A stretch of 64,000 bases of DNA from NCBI GenBank assembly GCA_965222225.1, contig CBDCTK010000002.1:4576001-4640000 (forward strand), written 5' to 3'. Source of the stretch: Candidatus Poribacteria bacterium. Its GTDB lineage: Bacteria; Poribacteria; WGA-4E; JAJDTR01. This document shows, piece by piece, positions 11,162 to 21,785 of this stretch; position 1 is the first letter of the stretch; each line of letters opens with the position of its first letter. A program made the position numbers and the translations under genes. Under the pieces are notes generated by a model. It made no database searches, had not been told where the DNA came from, and was given only the letters and a program-made list of their open reading frames with translations.

Positions 11162-11270
11162 CTGTCCAACTCAGACGCGCGAACGTGACCTGTCCCAAAT
11201 TACATTGACATGAGTTACTCCGGTATCCCTTGGACAAGTTACGAGACGGCGGAGCGTGCCTACTAGTCTA

Positions 11271-11306
11271 AGCTATCTATCGCACTCGCTAATCGCTCGT
11301 TTAATC
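11271..11306 (-). repeat. Hypervariable insertion unit, copy B
   Basis: Minus strand GATTAA AC GA GC G ATT A GC GA GT GCGATAG ATAG CT, directly after GTAGGA. Confidence 0.8.
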
Positions 11307-11501
11307 TCCTACAGTAGGTTTGTTGTAACAATCTTCAACAATCAAGTCGCTAATTTCCCTCCTTAATATGTGTAAATGTGAATGGAAATGACTACAGCAG
11401 CCGATAACAGTTCCGTACGCGCTGCGGCGTATTCTTGGGTTCGGAAGCAAATACACGTTCACAGATACCAACTTCAGTAGAGTTTTCCTCATGGAGGCCT
11501 T

Positions 11502-12244
11502 ATGTCGATTGAATCGCCAACCGACTTTGGATGCATGCCACGCGTCGGAAAAACTGTCGCAGCGGCGTTGAAGGCAATGTCGGACTACGTCCGTCCGGGG
11601 GTTTTGACCGCAGAAGTAGATTGTGTTGGCGCAGAAGTTCTCAGGCAGCACGGGGCGCGGTCGGCACCGCAAATTATCTACGGTTTTCCAGGGGTCAATC
11701 TAATCAGTGTAAACGACGAAGTAGTCCACGGTATTCCCGGTAATCGTATGTTACAGCCCGGAGATCTGGTAAGCCTTGATGTTACCGCGGAGTTGGATGG
11801 ATACATTGCGGACGCGGCTACAACCATTCCCCTCGCGCCGTATTCCAGAAAGACTGCGCAATTGTGTCAGTGTGCGAGAACAGCTTTTGAAAAAGCGACC
11901 ATGGTTGCCCGCGCTGGTAGGCCTATCCATTGTATTGGAAGGCCGTTGAGCAAGAAGTGAGGAAAGGTGGATTTGCCGTGATTCAGGAGTTAGGAGGGCA
12001 TGGTGTTGGTAGACATATTCATGAGAATCCGTTCGTTTCCAACGTCTTCCAACCAACTGATGCGCAGCCGTTGACCGATGGCCTCGTCCTTACAATCGAA
12101 CCGCTGATTGCTGAACGATCGGCGAAGATCTTTGAGGACGACGACGGATGGACTATTCGGACAGCCGACGGTGGGCTATCTGCTCATTATGAACACACCG
12201 TTGTGATTAGGGATGGTAAGCCAATTTTACTTACAGCGGCATAG
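11502..12244 (+). pseudogene. map: Type I methionine aminopeptidase with a frameshift near 11940
   Basis: ISVNDEVVHGIPG and DLVSLDV...DAA in first ORF; GHGVGRHIHENP, TIEP and SAHYEHT in second; one A missing at ATT GGA A(A)G GCC. Confidence 0.85.
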
Positions 12245-12313
12245 TCGTCTTGCCCTTCGACAATGTTACGACAGGCTCAAGGGACGCAAAACAATGAAAC
12301 GCTAGATACAACG

Positions 12314-12348
12314 AATCAAAGACTGGATAGCTAGTGCGAAGGTGTTCT
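12314..12348 (+). repeat. Degenerate hypervariable insertion unit, copy C
   Basis: AATCAA A GA CT G GAT A GC TA GT GCGA-AG GTGTT CT. Confidence 0.5.
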
Positions 12349-12351
12349 AAA

Positions 12352-13152
12352 ATGGAACGCACATCTCCGCGACCAAGACAGTTCTGGGACGATCACGCAA
12401 CTCGGTTCAAGAATCGGAGTTTGGCGGAAGCCTATAACCTTCGTCCACCTTATCCGAATGAGATGTATCGGATTCTTCTTAACCTACTCGGGGATAAGCG
12501 CGGGAGAGTTTTGGATGTCGGTTGTGGGCAGGGTAAGATAGCGCGCACACTTGTTGAGCACGTAGAGCGTGTCGATGCAGTTGATTTCTCGCAGGAGATG
12601 ATTCGCGTGGGGAAGTCGATCGTCAACGGGAACCACCCTAACCTTCAATGGATTCACGGTAGAGTTGAAGAGGTGCAGTTGTATCCGCCGTACGATATGA
12701 TTATGGCCGGATCGAGTATCCATTGGATGGAGTGGAGCGTGGTTTTTCCGAGGTTCAAGGAAGTGTTGACAGCAGATGGATATCTCGCCATCTTTGATGG
12801 AGATCGTCCTATAGCGTCGCCTTGGCATGACGCAGAACTTTCACTAATCCGCAAGTATTCCACCACCAAGCACTATGAAGAAATGGATCTGATTAAAGAA
12901 CTTGTGGATAGAGGGCACCTCGAACTGATTGGGGACAAATGGACACAACCGGTTGGCTATTCTCAACGGCTCGCAGACTATGTTGAATCCTTTCACTCAA
13001 GGGAAAGCCTGTGGAAGGAACACATGGGCGAAGAAAATGTCAGGGCTTTCGATACTGAGCTATCGCATATCTTGTTAGACTTCGCCGATGATAAGGGATT
13101 CCTTAGTTTCCAAATAGGAACAAGAGTCACTTGGGGAAAGCCACTGGGATAG
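12352..13152 (+). CDS. Class I SAM-dependent methyltransferase
   Basis: VLDVGCGQG motif I, AVDFSQEM motif II. Confidence 0.9.
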   Translation: MERTSPRPRQFWDDHATRFKNRSLAEAYNLRPPYPNEMYRILLNLLGDKRGRVLDVGCGQGKIARTLVEHVERVDAVDFSQEMIRVGKSIVNGNHPNLQWIHGRVEEVQLYPPYDMIMAGSSIHWMEWSVVFPRFKEVLTADGYLAIFDGDRPIASPWHDAELSLIRKYSTTKHYEEMDLIKELVDRGHLELIGDKWTQPVGYSQRLADYVESFHSRESLWKEHMGEENVRAFDTELSHILLDFADDKGFLSFQIGTRVTWGKPLG

Positions 13153-13289
13153 GGAAGTGGTTCGCAACACCTAACACGTCCACTTAATATTACCTCGCAT
13201 TCGCCCTTTTATCTAATGGCAACCCGCTGCGCGGTGTCGCACGTAGCGAGAATGTGATGCGAAAGGCATTAATACGATTCTCGTGATCG

Positions 13290-14097
13290 GTGAGTTGGCC
13301 AGTGAGAGTTGAAAATCTTCCGGCGCCTGTACAGTCTCATTTGATGGGCTACACATCAGATGGGTACAATCTCAAGACGGAGTCCTGCGCGGACGTATTT
13401 CTTTACACTCACCCAAAAAAGCCGGGCCTGTTTCTTAAGGTTAGAAACACTCGATTGGCACCGCAGGAGTCGGATCTACGGACAGAGAAGATTGCCGTGT
13501 CGTGGTTGCAGGGCAAACTCAACGTTCCAAACGTGATTTGTGTTCATGAAGAGTGTGAGATTCAATATTTGGTGATGACGCAAATTGCGGGTGTCTCGGG
13601 TATTCACCAATCCGCAAAGAACGATATTCCCACTCTTATAGGTGAGTTCGCTTTCGGTTTACGCGAAATTCATTCAGTACGCATGGATTCATGTCCCTTG
13701 GATTGGCGCATGGAGTGCTATTTCTCGTGGGCGGAAGGTCTGATTGAAGTGGGAGCTCTAGACAACCAAATTCCAACTGGCAAGACCAGGACCTTTCCTA
13801 GGAATGAACTGTACAGTATTAAAGCAGGTCTACCTGCCAAGGAGGATTTAGTGTTTACCCATAGTGATTATTGCTTACCCAACATCTTGATCCATAACGG
13901 TCGCCTGAGTGGAATCGCTGATTGGGGATACGCTGGGGTTGGCGATCGATATGGCGACTTCGTGGAAGCTTACTGCACGATTCGCAGAAATCTGGGCGCT
14001 GAATGGGTACCTCTGTTCTTCGAAAGAGTATGGCCTCCGAGAACTAGATTAGGATAAATTGAGAGCGTACCAAAAGGTGCACGATTTCATTGGCTAA
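13290..14097 (+). pseudogene. Aminoglycoside phosphotransferase APH(3')-like kinase with damaged C-terminus
   Basis: LFLK, VFTHSDYCLPNIL, IADWG, GDRYGD; homologous tail EEYGLRELD*DKLRAYQKVHDFIG is in a shifted frame with an in-frame TAG. Confidence 0.7.
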
Positions 14098-14301
14098 AAG
14101 TAATGGTACACACCTCACATAACAATCTTCTAAGGTAGATACTCCTCGTTTTAACATCCAATGAAATAAGACGATTTCGCAGCGGGTTTTTATCAAAAAT
14201 TTTCGGTATTCCGGTGGGATGGATTTTGTATTTCTATCGTTTCACTCCACACTCAATTTCGTCGAAGATCGCCTCCTTTGCATTAACGTTTCACACTAGA
14301 T

Positions 14302-14643
14302 TCAACTCGTTGGGATTGTGTCATACATCTGGTCGTTAAATCCAACAAAGAACGTGTCCCCCACCTGCAATGTCGGTGCGCGCAGGTTGCCGCTTCGACC
14401 CATGACGGCTGCAAGAATGTCGTCTTGTGGGCTATTTTCCGGGTCGAACACATCAACCCTTTTGCCCTTTGCAACGTGGACGGATTCAGCGGTCTCAATG
14501 CGTTCCCACACGGCGCCGGATTCAAACTTCTCCTTTCCGGCATCTGTTCGACTCTCTACCTCAACACCCTTTGCGTCAAGAAACTCTTGCGCTTTTCGGC
14601 AGGAGTTTCAGTTCTTCCTGAAATACATCCAGTTTGCTGTCAT
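14302..14643 (-). CDS. ArsC/Spx-like thioredoxin-fold selenoprotein (UxxC), 113 aa
   Basis: ATG at 14643 with GGAG upstream: MTANWMYFRKN-U(TGA 14610..14608)-NSCRKAQEFL...GRSGNLRAPTL; hairpin AAACTC-C-TGC...GCA-A-GAGTTT immediately after TGA. Confidence 0.85.
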
Positions 14644-15050
14644 TGACTTCCTCCATATCGGGATAGGACTGCGTGGTCAGCTACTTCGGAAAGCGGCGGT
14701 AATAATAGCGCGAAGAAGTTTAGCATAGTACCGATAGGTCTGTAAATGTAATTTGGTTCACCGCACAAGAGAGTCGCGTCTGTTTTGTGGCATGTAGTTG
14801 GCCCTATGGCGGTTAACACGCTATTGATGTAGGCGCGAAATCCGGTTCCCGACGGTTGGGGCAGGGCGGATTCTACGAGGGAATAAGTGGGTTTGTTTTA
14901 TGTTCGAGGTATTTCGGACGGGATTCCAATGGTCGAATCACTCAGCTCGTCAAATGACTCACATCAATCCTCCAACATTGTGTGCTTGAATCACCTTGAG
15001 AAAATAGAATGGTTTCGCCGTTTGGACTTGGGTGCCTTTGATTAGTTCAA

Positions 15051-15668
15051 TTATATGGGCTGTAAATCCCGTATATGGGCTGTAAATCCCGGATGCAGTT
15101 TCCGTTCGGCAAAAGCGGTGGGTATCATAGGAATAGCCTCCTCATTCAAGACAGCTTTCAAATTTGTTCTGGCTCGCATGAGTCTCTGGTTGATGGTATT
15201 TGGAGATACCCGCAATGCTTGGGCAATCTCCTTGCTCCTCATGCCAGCCATTTAACGGAGCACCAAGACTTGACGATGGATCGCAGGGAGAGAAGCCAAT
15301 GCCTCATGGATTTGTTCGTTCCTCAGTTTTTCCGTGTGCGCATCCATGTCTGCTTGGTAATTCTCACTTTGGTCGGAAAGGAAAGCCGTGTCAACCCTTC
15401 TTTTTTCGGCTCGGTGAAATTCCTTGTATCGGTTAGATGCAATAGAATACAGCCACGCATAGAAATTATCCCATCGCCGTAACGTTGACAGCTTCCTATA
15501 GGCGTTAAGAAAGACATCCTGAGTTATATCCTCGGCGTCTTCAAATTGACCGACTTGCGCGTACACAAGCGCGAAAAGGCGCGCCTTATACTTATCAACC
15601 AGCAGCGCAAACGCCCCTGTGTTCCCTGAGAGACATTGATGAACGATATGTCCGTCGTCGGTATGCAT
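15051..15668 (-). pseudogene. ECF sigma-70 factor with premature stop and truncating 20-bp duplication
   Basis: DAEDITQDVFL and FYAWLYSIA (region 2); VLVLR*MAGMRSKEIAQAL (TAA at 15252..15254 inside region 4); ATATGGGCTGTAAATCCCG repeated in tandem at 15053..15091. Confidence 0.85.
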
Positions 15669-15795
15669 AGGTGCTCTTTCGTCATTAAATGGTTGTTACT
15701 GTCTATATAGAAGCCGCACGCTCCCAAATTATTACATCGGATAGGGTTTTTTTGAGAGAACAGTGGCAACGTGAATTGGGTTTGGCTGGAAACTC

Positions 15796-16599
15796 TTATG
15801 AACCTGTGCTTTGATAGCGCCTCAAGCCATAAAACCAGAAGAGATAGCCGACGCCGAGCATCACCAGCGCAACGACAGGTGCTCCGAACTGAAAGAGTTC
15901 CGGCATTCCGAGAAATTCCTCCTTTTGGAGGAGCCTCTGAGCGGGATAATAGGTCACGAAAGCGACGGGCAGAATAAATGTCAACACTAGCCGCACGGCG
16001 AGGGGATAGATGGAGATTGGGAAAGTCGCCGCCTCTTTGGTTGCGGTGATGAGCAAGTCCGTCAACTTGCCCGATTTCGTCGTCCATAGTGCCACGGTGG
16101 CACTGACGAGTATGAGGGCGAACATAATTGCGCCGCCACACAATACTGTCGTGACGGTAAACACGGCAACGCACATTGACCAGCGAATATGTGCGAGGTT
16201 CAGAGCAAGGATGAAAATTGCGACGCTCGTCAGCGCCCGCGCAGCGTGATGAAGTTCCACGCGGCTCGCAAGAATGTAGAATAGTGGAGGTACAGGTTTG
16301 ATTAGCACCGTGTCCAGTTCGCCACGAACAATATACCGGTCAAAATCATTCAACTGACTGCCCAATATCTGCATGAGTGAGTACGCCAAGTTCGCTAAGC
16401 CGTACAAGAATACAATTTCTGCCAGTGTCCAGCCGTCTAAGGCGCGAAACTTGCTAAGCAACGCGCCCAACAATCCGACCATACAGGCTTCGCCAGCAAC
16501 GATCGCGATGCACATCATCCAGAACGACAGCCGATATTGTAGTCGAGAGCGCACATACGCGCCTGCGAGAAGAAAGTAGAGCTTGAGATATCTTTGCAT
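15796..16599 (-). CDS. ABC-2 family transporter permease (ABC2_membrane_6/DUF990)
   Basis: GWTLAEI, IVRGELDTVLIKP, FPISIYP, RYQSTGS. Confidence 0.9.
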   Translation of the reverse strand: MQRYLKLYFLLAGAYVRSRLQYRLSFWMMCIAIVAGEACMVGLLGALLSKFRALDGWTLAEIVFLYGLANLAYSLMQILGSQLNDFDRYIVRGELDTVLIKPVPPLFYILASRVELHHAARALTSVAIFILALNLAHIRWSMCVAVFTVTTVLCGGAIMFALILVSATVALWTTKSGKLTDLLITATKEAATFPISIYPLAVRLVLTFILPVAFVTYYPAQRLLQKEEFLGMPELFQFGAPVVALVMLGVGYLFWFYGLRRYQSTGS

Positions 16600-16787
16600 A
16601 GAGCTACGCAAGTTTCAGTATTAAAGTCTATCTTTTGAATCGATTAGGAGGTCTAAAATTGGAAGGGCAGAGAGTCCTCTTACATGCCACCCTCAATCCT
16701 CTGGAGCGGTAGACTCGAAGCTAGATGCATACGAAAAATCCGCGCCGTCCATCATTCCAATCCCATTCTTCCATCCTTCCATTCTTC

Positions 16788-17585
16788 TTAACCACCCTGA
16801 ACTACCAGTTTGCGGAAAGCCGCACGGTACCCAATCCGTCCAAGACCCATCAGCACAATCGCCCATGTGAGTTGTATCAACAGCGCGCTGACGAGGCTGC
16901 TTCCTGTTAATTGACCGACATAAAGCGCCGTTGGAGTGTAGATAATAGCGCGAAACGGCAACACCTCCGCCACCTTGGCTAAGAACGTAGGATAAAACTC
17001 CAGCGGCAAAAAGTAACCGGAAAACAACATTGATAGCCCCCATACGACAAAGGTGTTAATTCCGCGAATCTCGACAAGCCAGAAGGCGAGACTACCGATG
17101 ATGAATTGGATACTGAAAAGAATGAGATACCCCAAGAACACGCTAAATATAAAGAGCACCACAGTTAGGAACGATGGCGGAAGGGATAAATTGAAAATCA
17201 CATGAAACGAAATAACTTTCGGCAGCATGTTAAATAGCAGCGTATGGGCTGAGGTTCCGGCAGCCGTTGCAAGCGTCATCAACTGAAAATTGATCGGTTT
17301 CATTAAATCCGTGACGATCTCGCCAGTGCGTACCTTCTCTTCGACGATACGCGCCACCGGTAGGGTAAAATTGAAGGTCAGCAAAGTCTGCGAGATTACG
17401 ATATACGTCAGAATTCGATTAAGGTCGTATCCCGCTACCGATCTTTGGTCTGTATACAACGCCTTCCACAGATAGACGTAGATCAGCATAAAGAGCACAT
17501 TGACAAATAGCTCCATCCATAGCTCGAACCGATAGGTTAGCGTTCGCTGAAAGGCTTTCGCCGCAAAAACGAGATATTTCTTCAT
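16788..17585 (-). CDS. ABC-2 family transporter permease
   Basis: VRTGEIVTDLMKP, FSGYFLPL, LPF, C-terminal VVQGG. Confidence 0.9.
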   Translation of the reverse strand: MKKYLVFAAKAFQRTLTYRFELWMELFVNVLFMLIYVYLWKALYTDQRSVAGYDLNRILTYIVISQTLLTFNFTLPVARIVEEKVRTGEIVTDLMKPINFQLMTLATAAGTSAHTLLFNMLPKVISFHVIFNLSLPPSFLTVVLFIFSVFLGYLILFSIQFIIGSLAFWLVEIRGINTFVVWGLSMLFSGYFLPLEFYPTFLAKVAEVLPFRAIIYTPTALYVGQLTGSSLVSALLIQLTWAIVLMGLGRIGYRAAFRKLVVQGG

Positions 17586-17601
17586 CGTGAATTTCCGGCA
17601 A

Positions 17602-18588
17602 CTAATGACTCATACCGAAATTATATATCCGCCGAACAATCTCCTCAATTTCCGGTTCCGAGATTGTCAAATCTTGAATCTCGTAACGCGCCGCCAATCG
17701 AGCGATTACTTCCGAAGCGGGCAGCGCATCTCGGTCAAATGCGAGCCAGATACGGTTTTCCTCACGTCGGGTCAGATTCACACCCTCAAGTTGAATATCG
17801 GGGTATGCTTGCGCCAGATCTACAATGAGCATACGGGTTTTGCCGTACTGTTTCTTCAGGGCATCAATCCCGCCGTCATAGATGATTTTGCCACTGTCAA
17901 TGATAATGAGTCGTTGACATACTTGTTCGACATTGTTGAGGTCGTGAGTCGTCAGGATTACCGTGACTTGACGTTCAGCGTTTATCTGCTTGAGGAACTG
18001 GCGAATCTGCTCTTTGGCAACCACATCCAAGCCGATGGTCGGCTCATCTAAATATAGAATCTCCGGGTTATGTAGCAGCGCTGCAGTTAGATCGCACCGC
18101 ATCCGCTGACCAAGACTCAGTTTTCGTACCGGCGTGGACAGATACGGATGCAATTGCAACAGTTCGCTGAAGAATTCAAGATTCTGCTTGTACTGGTTCT
18201 CGGGAATTTCGTAGATGTGTTTGAGCAACTCAAAGGAATCGATAACGGGCAGATCCCACCAGAGTTGCGTTCGTTGTCCAAACACAACGCCAATCCGGCG
18301 TGCATTTTCCTTCCGATGGAGATAAGGCGTCAACCCCATCACCTCAATATGACCCGAAGTTGGCACAAGAATCCCCGTAAGCATTTTGATGGTCGTCGAC
18401 TTCCCCGCCCCGTTGGCGCCGATGTATCCCACCAATTCCCCGCGTTCAAGGGTGAAGTTCACATTGTCAACGGCTTTTATGATGTCGTATTCGCGCGAGA
18501 CTGTGCTACCAAGGCTTCCCCAAAACCCCTTGCGGCGTTTATGCACCTTGAAGTTCTTGCTTAAATGTTCAACTGAAATAATGGGCAT
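17602..18588 (-). CDS. ABC transporter ATP-binding protein
   Basis: GANGAGKST, LSLGQ, LYLDEPT. Confidence 0.95.
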   Translation of the reverse strand: MPIISVEHLSKNFKVHKRRKGFWGSLGSTVSREYDIIKAVDNVNFTLERGELVGYIGANGAGKSTTIKMLTGILVPTSGHIEVMGLTPYLHRKENARRIGVVFGQRTQLWWDLPVIDSFELLKHIYEIPENQYKQNLEFFSELLQLHPYLSTPVRKLSLGQRMRCDLTAALLHNPEILYLDEPTIGLDVVAKEQIRQFLKQINAERQVTVILTTHDLNNVEQVCQRLIIIDSGKIIYDGGIDALKKQYGKTRMLIVDLAQAYPDIQLEGVNLTRREENRIWLAFDRDALPASEVIARLAARYEIQDLTISEPEIEEIVRRIYNFGMSH

Positions 18589-19174
18589 TTGGTCACCGTG
18601 ACGTTTTTGAGGCACAACTTCGCCTAGAGTTATGGGTTGGGGAACAGTATGGCTAGCTTTACGCGCCGAATTAGCACACTGAATAATATAGCCAGTCTTA
18701 CGAGGAAGAGATTACACAATGGCGCAGTCGGAAGGGAGAAGCGGGTTAATACAGCAAAGACTCACTCGCGTAGACGTGAGGTGGCATGATTCATCAGATA
18801 ACAAACGTTGTGTTCGCCAAAGATTAATTGGCGAACACAAGGATCTCAGCCTAGAGTGGCGTAGGTCAAATTTGGGAAGTGTAACTACATGACTGGGCAA
18901 GGTGATTATTAAAGCCTAGAATTATATCACTTTTCTCTAGTGATAACAACCGCTATTAAACCACACAACGCTCGTGGCTCACAAGACAGGTGAGGAATTA
19001 GCGATAGCCACGTATTTTGCCTCGTCGAATCCGTTCTTTCTTGCCTTCTTATGCCGGGGCAAAAAATCCGTGACAAAACAAACGAGATGTGACATAATTC
19101 GACGATGTTCAACTCATGTGCGGTCACGCCGTAGTCTAGTCTCGCTATCCTCATGATTCACTATTTCGGAGGTA

Positions 19175-19915
19175 TTGATGTCAGAGTTGTCAGAGCAGGA
19201 AATGTTTGCAGTTTTACGAGAGTTTGATACACCTTCAATAACGAATGTTGTCGCAACCTATCCCGGAACCGAAACTTGCCTTGGGCTTTATAATCCTTGG
19301 ACGGAAAATTGGTATACCGACACGTCGATTCGTTGTATGTATCCAGAGTTGGGAGCGCTCGTCGGATATGCTGTCACATGTGTCTACGGTCTGCCAGATC
19401 CAAATTACTCTGAGTTATCGTTCTTGGATGTCATTGACGCGATGGACGCATCCAAGAAACCAACCATTCTAGTATTTGAGCAAAAGTTTCCTCCCGAAAT
19501 AGCCAACAAAGCTGGGCTTGCAGGAGGGAATATGACTTCAGCGATGAAAGCGGTTGGGTGCATCGGCGCCATATCGAACGGTCCTTCGCGCGACCTGGAT
19601 GAGATTCGGCCCATGAAATTTCAGTATCTGCTCAGTGGCATTACGCCGGGCCACGGCGCCATGGCACTTCGGGCAATTAACGTTCCCGTCTCGGTCGCAG
19701 GGATGGATGTGGCACCGGGCGAGCTTATCCACATGGACGAGAACGGCGCGTGCAAGTTCCCGGCAGACAAACTTGAAGCCGTCGTGAAAAACGTTCAGGC
19801 ATTGCGCGATGAAGAAGCTGACCGCATTGGCAAACTGGCAAATGCCACATCTGCAAAACAGGTGCGAGCCATCTTCAGCGGTCATTCCTATGCTGAAGAT
19901 GAAGAAGGTGAATAG
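19175..19915 (+). CDS. RraA / HMG-CHA aldolase family protein
   Basis: VGYAVT, GGNM, NGPSRD, PGELIHMDENG. Confidence 0.85.
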   Translation: MMSELSEQEMFAVLREFDTPSITNVVATYPGTETCLGLYNPWTENWYTDTSIRCMYPELGALVGYAVTCVYGLPDPNYSELSFLDVIDAMDASKKPTILVFEQKFPPEIANKAGLAGGNMTSAMKAVGCIGAISNGPSRDLDEIRPMKFQYLLSGITPGHGAMALRAINVPVSVAGMDVAPGELIHMDENGACKFPADKLEAVVKNVQALRDEEADRIGKLANATSAKQVRAIFSGHSYAEDEEGE

Positions 19916-20080
19916 AGGAACCGCCTGAAGATCCAGCGGAGGTTTGAAGCACCCATCTCAAACACAGATTGACTTCTCTTTACGCCGAATCCTCTTTGTC
20001 CGAGTAAATTAGGAACCCTTACCTTCGGATACCGGTGACAAGCCTTCAGGGTAGAGTATACACATCCAAATACCTTCTAT

Positions 20081-21325
20081 ATGCCCATTCCAAAACGGCT
20101 TTTCTTGGCTGCCCTCGCAATTTCGGGCGCCGCCAGTTTTTTGCTGTTCGGTTACGAATTTATTCGCGCCGTATCGACATCACTGTTTATTGAGGCATAC
20201 GGCGCCGTAAATCTTCCGTGGGTAATGTTTGCGGTACCGCCGAGTACATTCCTGCTGCTATATGTCTATGGTCGGATACTCTCGAAAATAGGGGCAAATC
20301 GTGCCCTATTGCTGACCTCGTTATTGTCCACGGTTCTAATTGGCAGTGGCTACGGTTTGTTATTGCAGCGAGTTGCACTTGCAGCCGCCTTTATCTACAT
20401 CTTTCGTGAAGCTTATATCGTCCTGATTATTGAGCAATACTGGTCACTTGTCAACAGCACGCTAAGTTCTGATCAAGCACGTCGAATCAATGGTCCATTC
20501 TGTGGAATTGCATCGCTCGGCGCCATAATCGGTGGACTTCTTGTGGGGCAATTGGCAACACCGCTGGGTTCCGAGTCGCTACTGCTTTTCGCCGCGGGGT
20601 CGCTTATTCCTGCGGCAGTGTGCTCCGGCTTCGCATACGCGCTGGCTGGCGAACCGAAACCGAGGGTGGAGGAGGCGGGTGGCAAAAAGGGACACATAGG
20701 GATAGCGCTGTTTTTTAAGTCGCGTTATCTGGTGCTTATCGGCTTACTCATCTTGACAACGCAAACCGTCTCAACGGTCTTGGATCTACGCTTCAACGGG
20801 TTAGTGGAGATTGAGAAGGTATATGCGGACGAGAGAACGGCTTTTTACGGTTCGTTCTACGCCGGAATCAGTACGGTGGCGCTTCTGTTGCAATTTCTTG
20901 CCGTCCCGTTGATTCTCAGGTTTGTTTCGCTACGTGCGGTGCATCTCGGGATTCCGGCAGTTCATCTTCTCACTTGCGCAATATTAGCCATCAAGCCTTC
21001 GCTAAGGAGCGGGTCAACGGCTTTTCTCCTATTCAAAGCGCTCGACTATTCGATTTTTCGCGCAGGCAAAGAGATTTTCTACATCCCGTTGTCATTCGAT
21101 GCACGCTACCGAGTGAAACAGATAATTGACACCTTCGGCTATCGGACGGCAAAGGGGGGCAGCGCAGGCGTGTTTGCACTTGTTGGTCTATTCGCGAAGA
21201 TTCCCGGTGTCGCTTTTTCAGTTGTGGCGATGGTAATGGCGGCAGTCTGGTCGGTTCTGGTGTCAACAGTTACAAAGCGCTATCAAGACTTGGAAGCCAT
21301 GAAAAGTCCACCACATGAAGGCTGA
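20081..21325 (+). CDS. MFS-fold transporter of the Npt/TLC (ATP/ADP translocase-like) family
   Basis: About 12 TM; QARRING..G...SLGAIIG and KALDYSIFRAGKEIFYIPLSFDARYRVKQIIDTFGYRTAK motifs. Confidence 0.75.
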   Translation: MPIPKRLFLAALAISGAASFLLFGYEFIRAVSTSLFIEAYGAVNLPWVMFAVPPSTFLLLYVYGRILSKIGANRALLLTSLLSTVLIGSGYGLLLQRVALAAAFIYIFREAYIVLIIEQYWSLVNSTLSSDQARRINGPFCGIASLGAIIGGLLVGQLATPLGSESLLLFAAGSLIPAAVCSGFAYALAGEPKPRVEEAGGKKGHIGIALFFKSRYLVLIGLLILTTQTVSTVLDLRFNGLVEIEKVYADERTAFYGSFYAGISTVALLLQFLAVPLILRFVSLRAVHLGIPAVHLLTCAILAIKPSLRSGSTAFLLFKALDYSIFRAGKEIFYIPLSFDARYRVKQIIDTFGYRTAKGGSAGVFALVGLFAKIPGVAFSVVAMVMAAVWSVLVSTVTKRYQDLEAMKSPPHEG

Positions 21326-21377
21326 AGGGAGCGGCTCAGGAGATGAAGGAGAGCAGTTAGAAGGGGAATGACGGCAA

Positions 21378-21785
21378 ATGCCCGTTTTTGAATCTGCCGA
21401 GAAACTCTATCGTTGTTTAGGCGACTTTCTTGAGTTGATGAGTAATCATCCTCAAACCCGAAGGCTGCTACAAACAACCGAATTGACCGTCAGGTTTGTT
21501 TACACCGAGCCAGAGGCCTCTATCACCTTGGTTGCACGAGACGGAGAGCAATCCGTCCACTACGGAGATTATGGCGAGTCGCCCGACGTACAACTGTCGA
21601 TGTCGGGCGATATAGCGCACCGCTTTTGGATGGGGGAGGTTAACGTAATGAACGCCATTCTCACACGCCAGATTGTGGCGGATGGGCCTCTCAACAAGAT
21701 TATGGAACTCAAACCTCTGATTAAAGCGGCAATGGAAATCTATCCCCGGCACTTTAAGGAGTACGTTTCGCCAGTTTCAAGCTAA
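21378..21785 (+). CDS. SCP2 sterol/lipid-binding domain protein
   Basis: PDVQLSMSGDIAHRFWMGEVNVMNAILTRQIVADG matches SCP2 C-terminal pattern. Confidence 0.8.
   Translation: MPVFESAEKLYRCLGDFLELMSNHPQTRRLLQTTELTVRFVYTEPEASITLVARDGEQSVHYGDYGESPDVQLSMSGDIAHRFWMGEVNVMNAILTRQIVADGPLNKIMELKPLIKAAMEIYPRHFKEYVSPVSS

Noticed and set aside
19001-19160. GCGATAG and CTCGCTATCC matches (also isolated GCGATAG/CTATCGC inside genes, and weak hits at 13285 and 41926)
   Set aside because: They lack the correctly spaced rest of the skeleton and are expected by chance.
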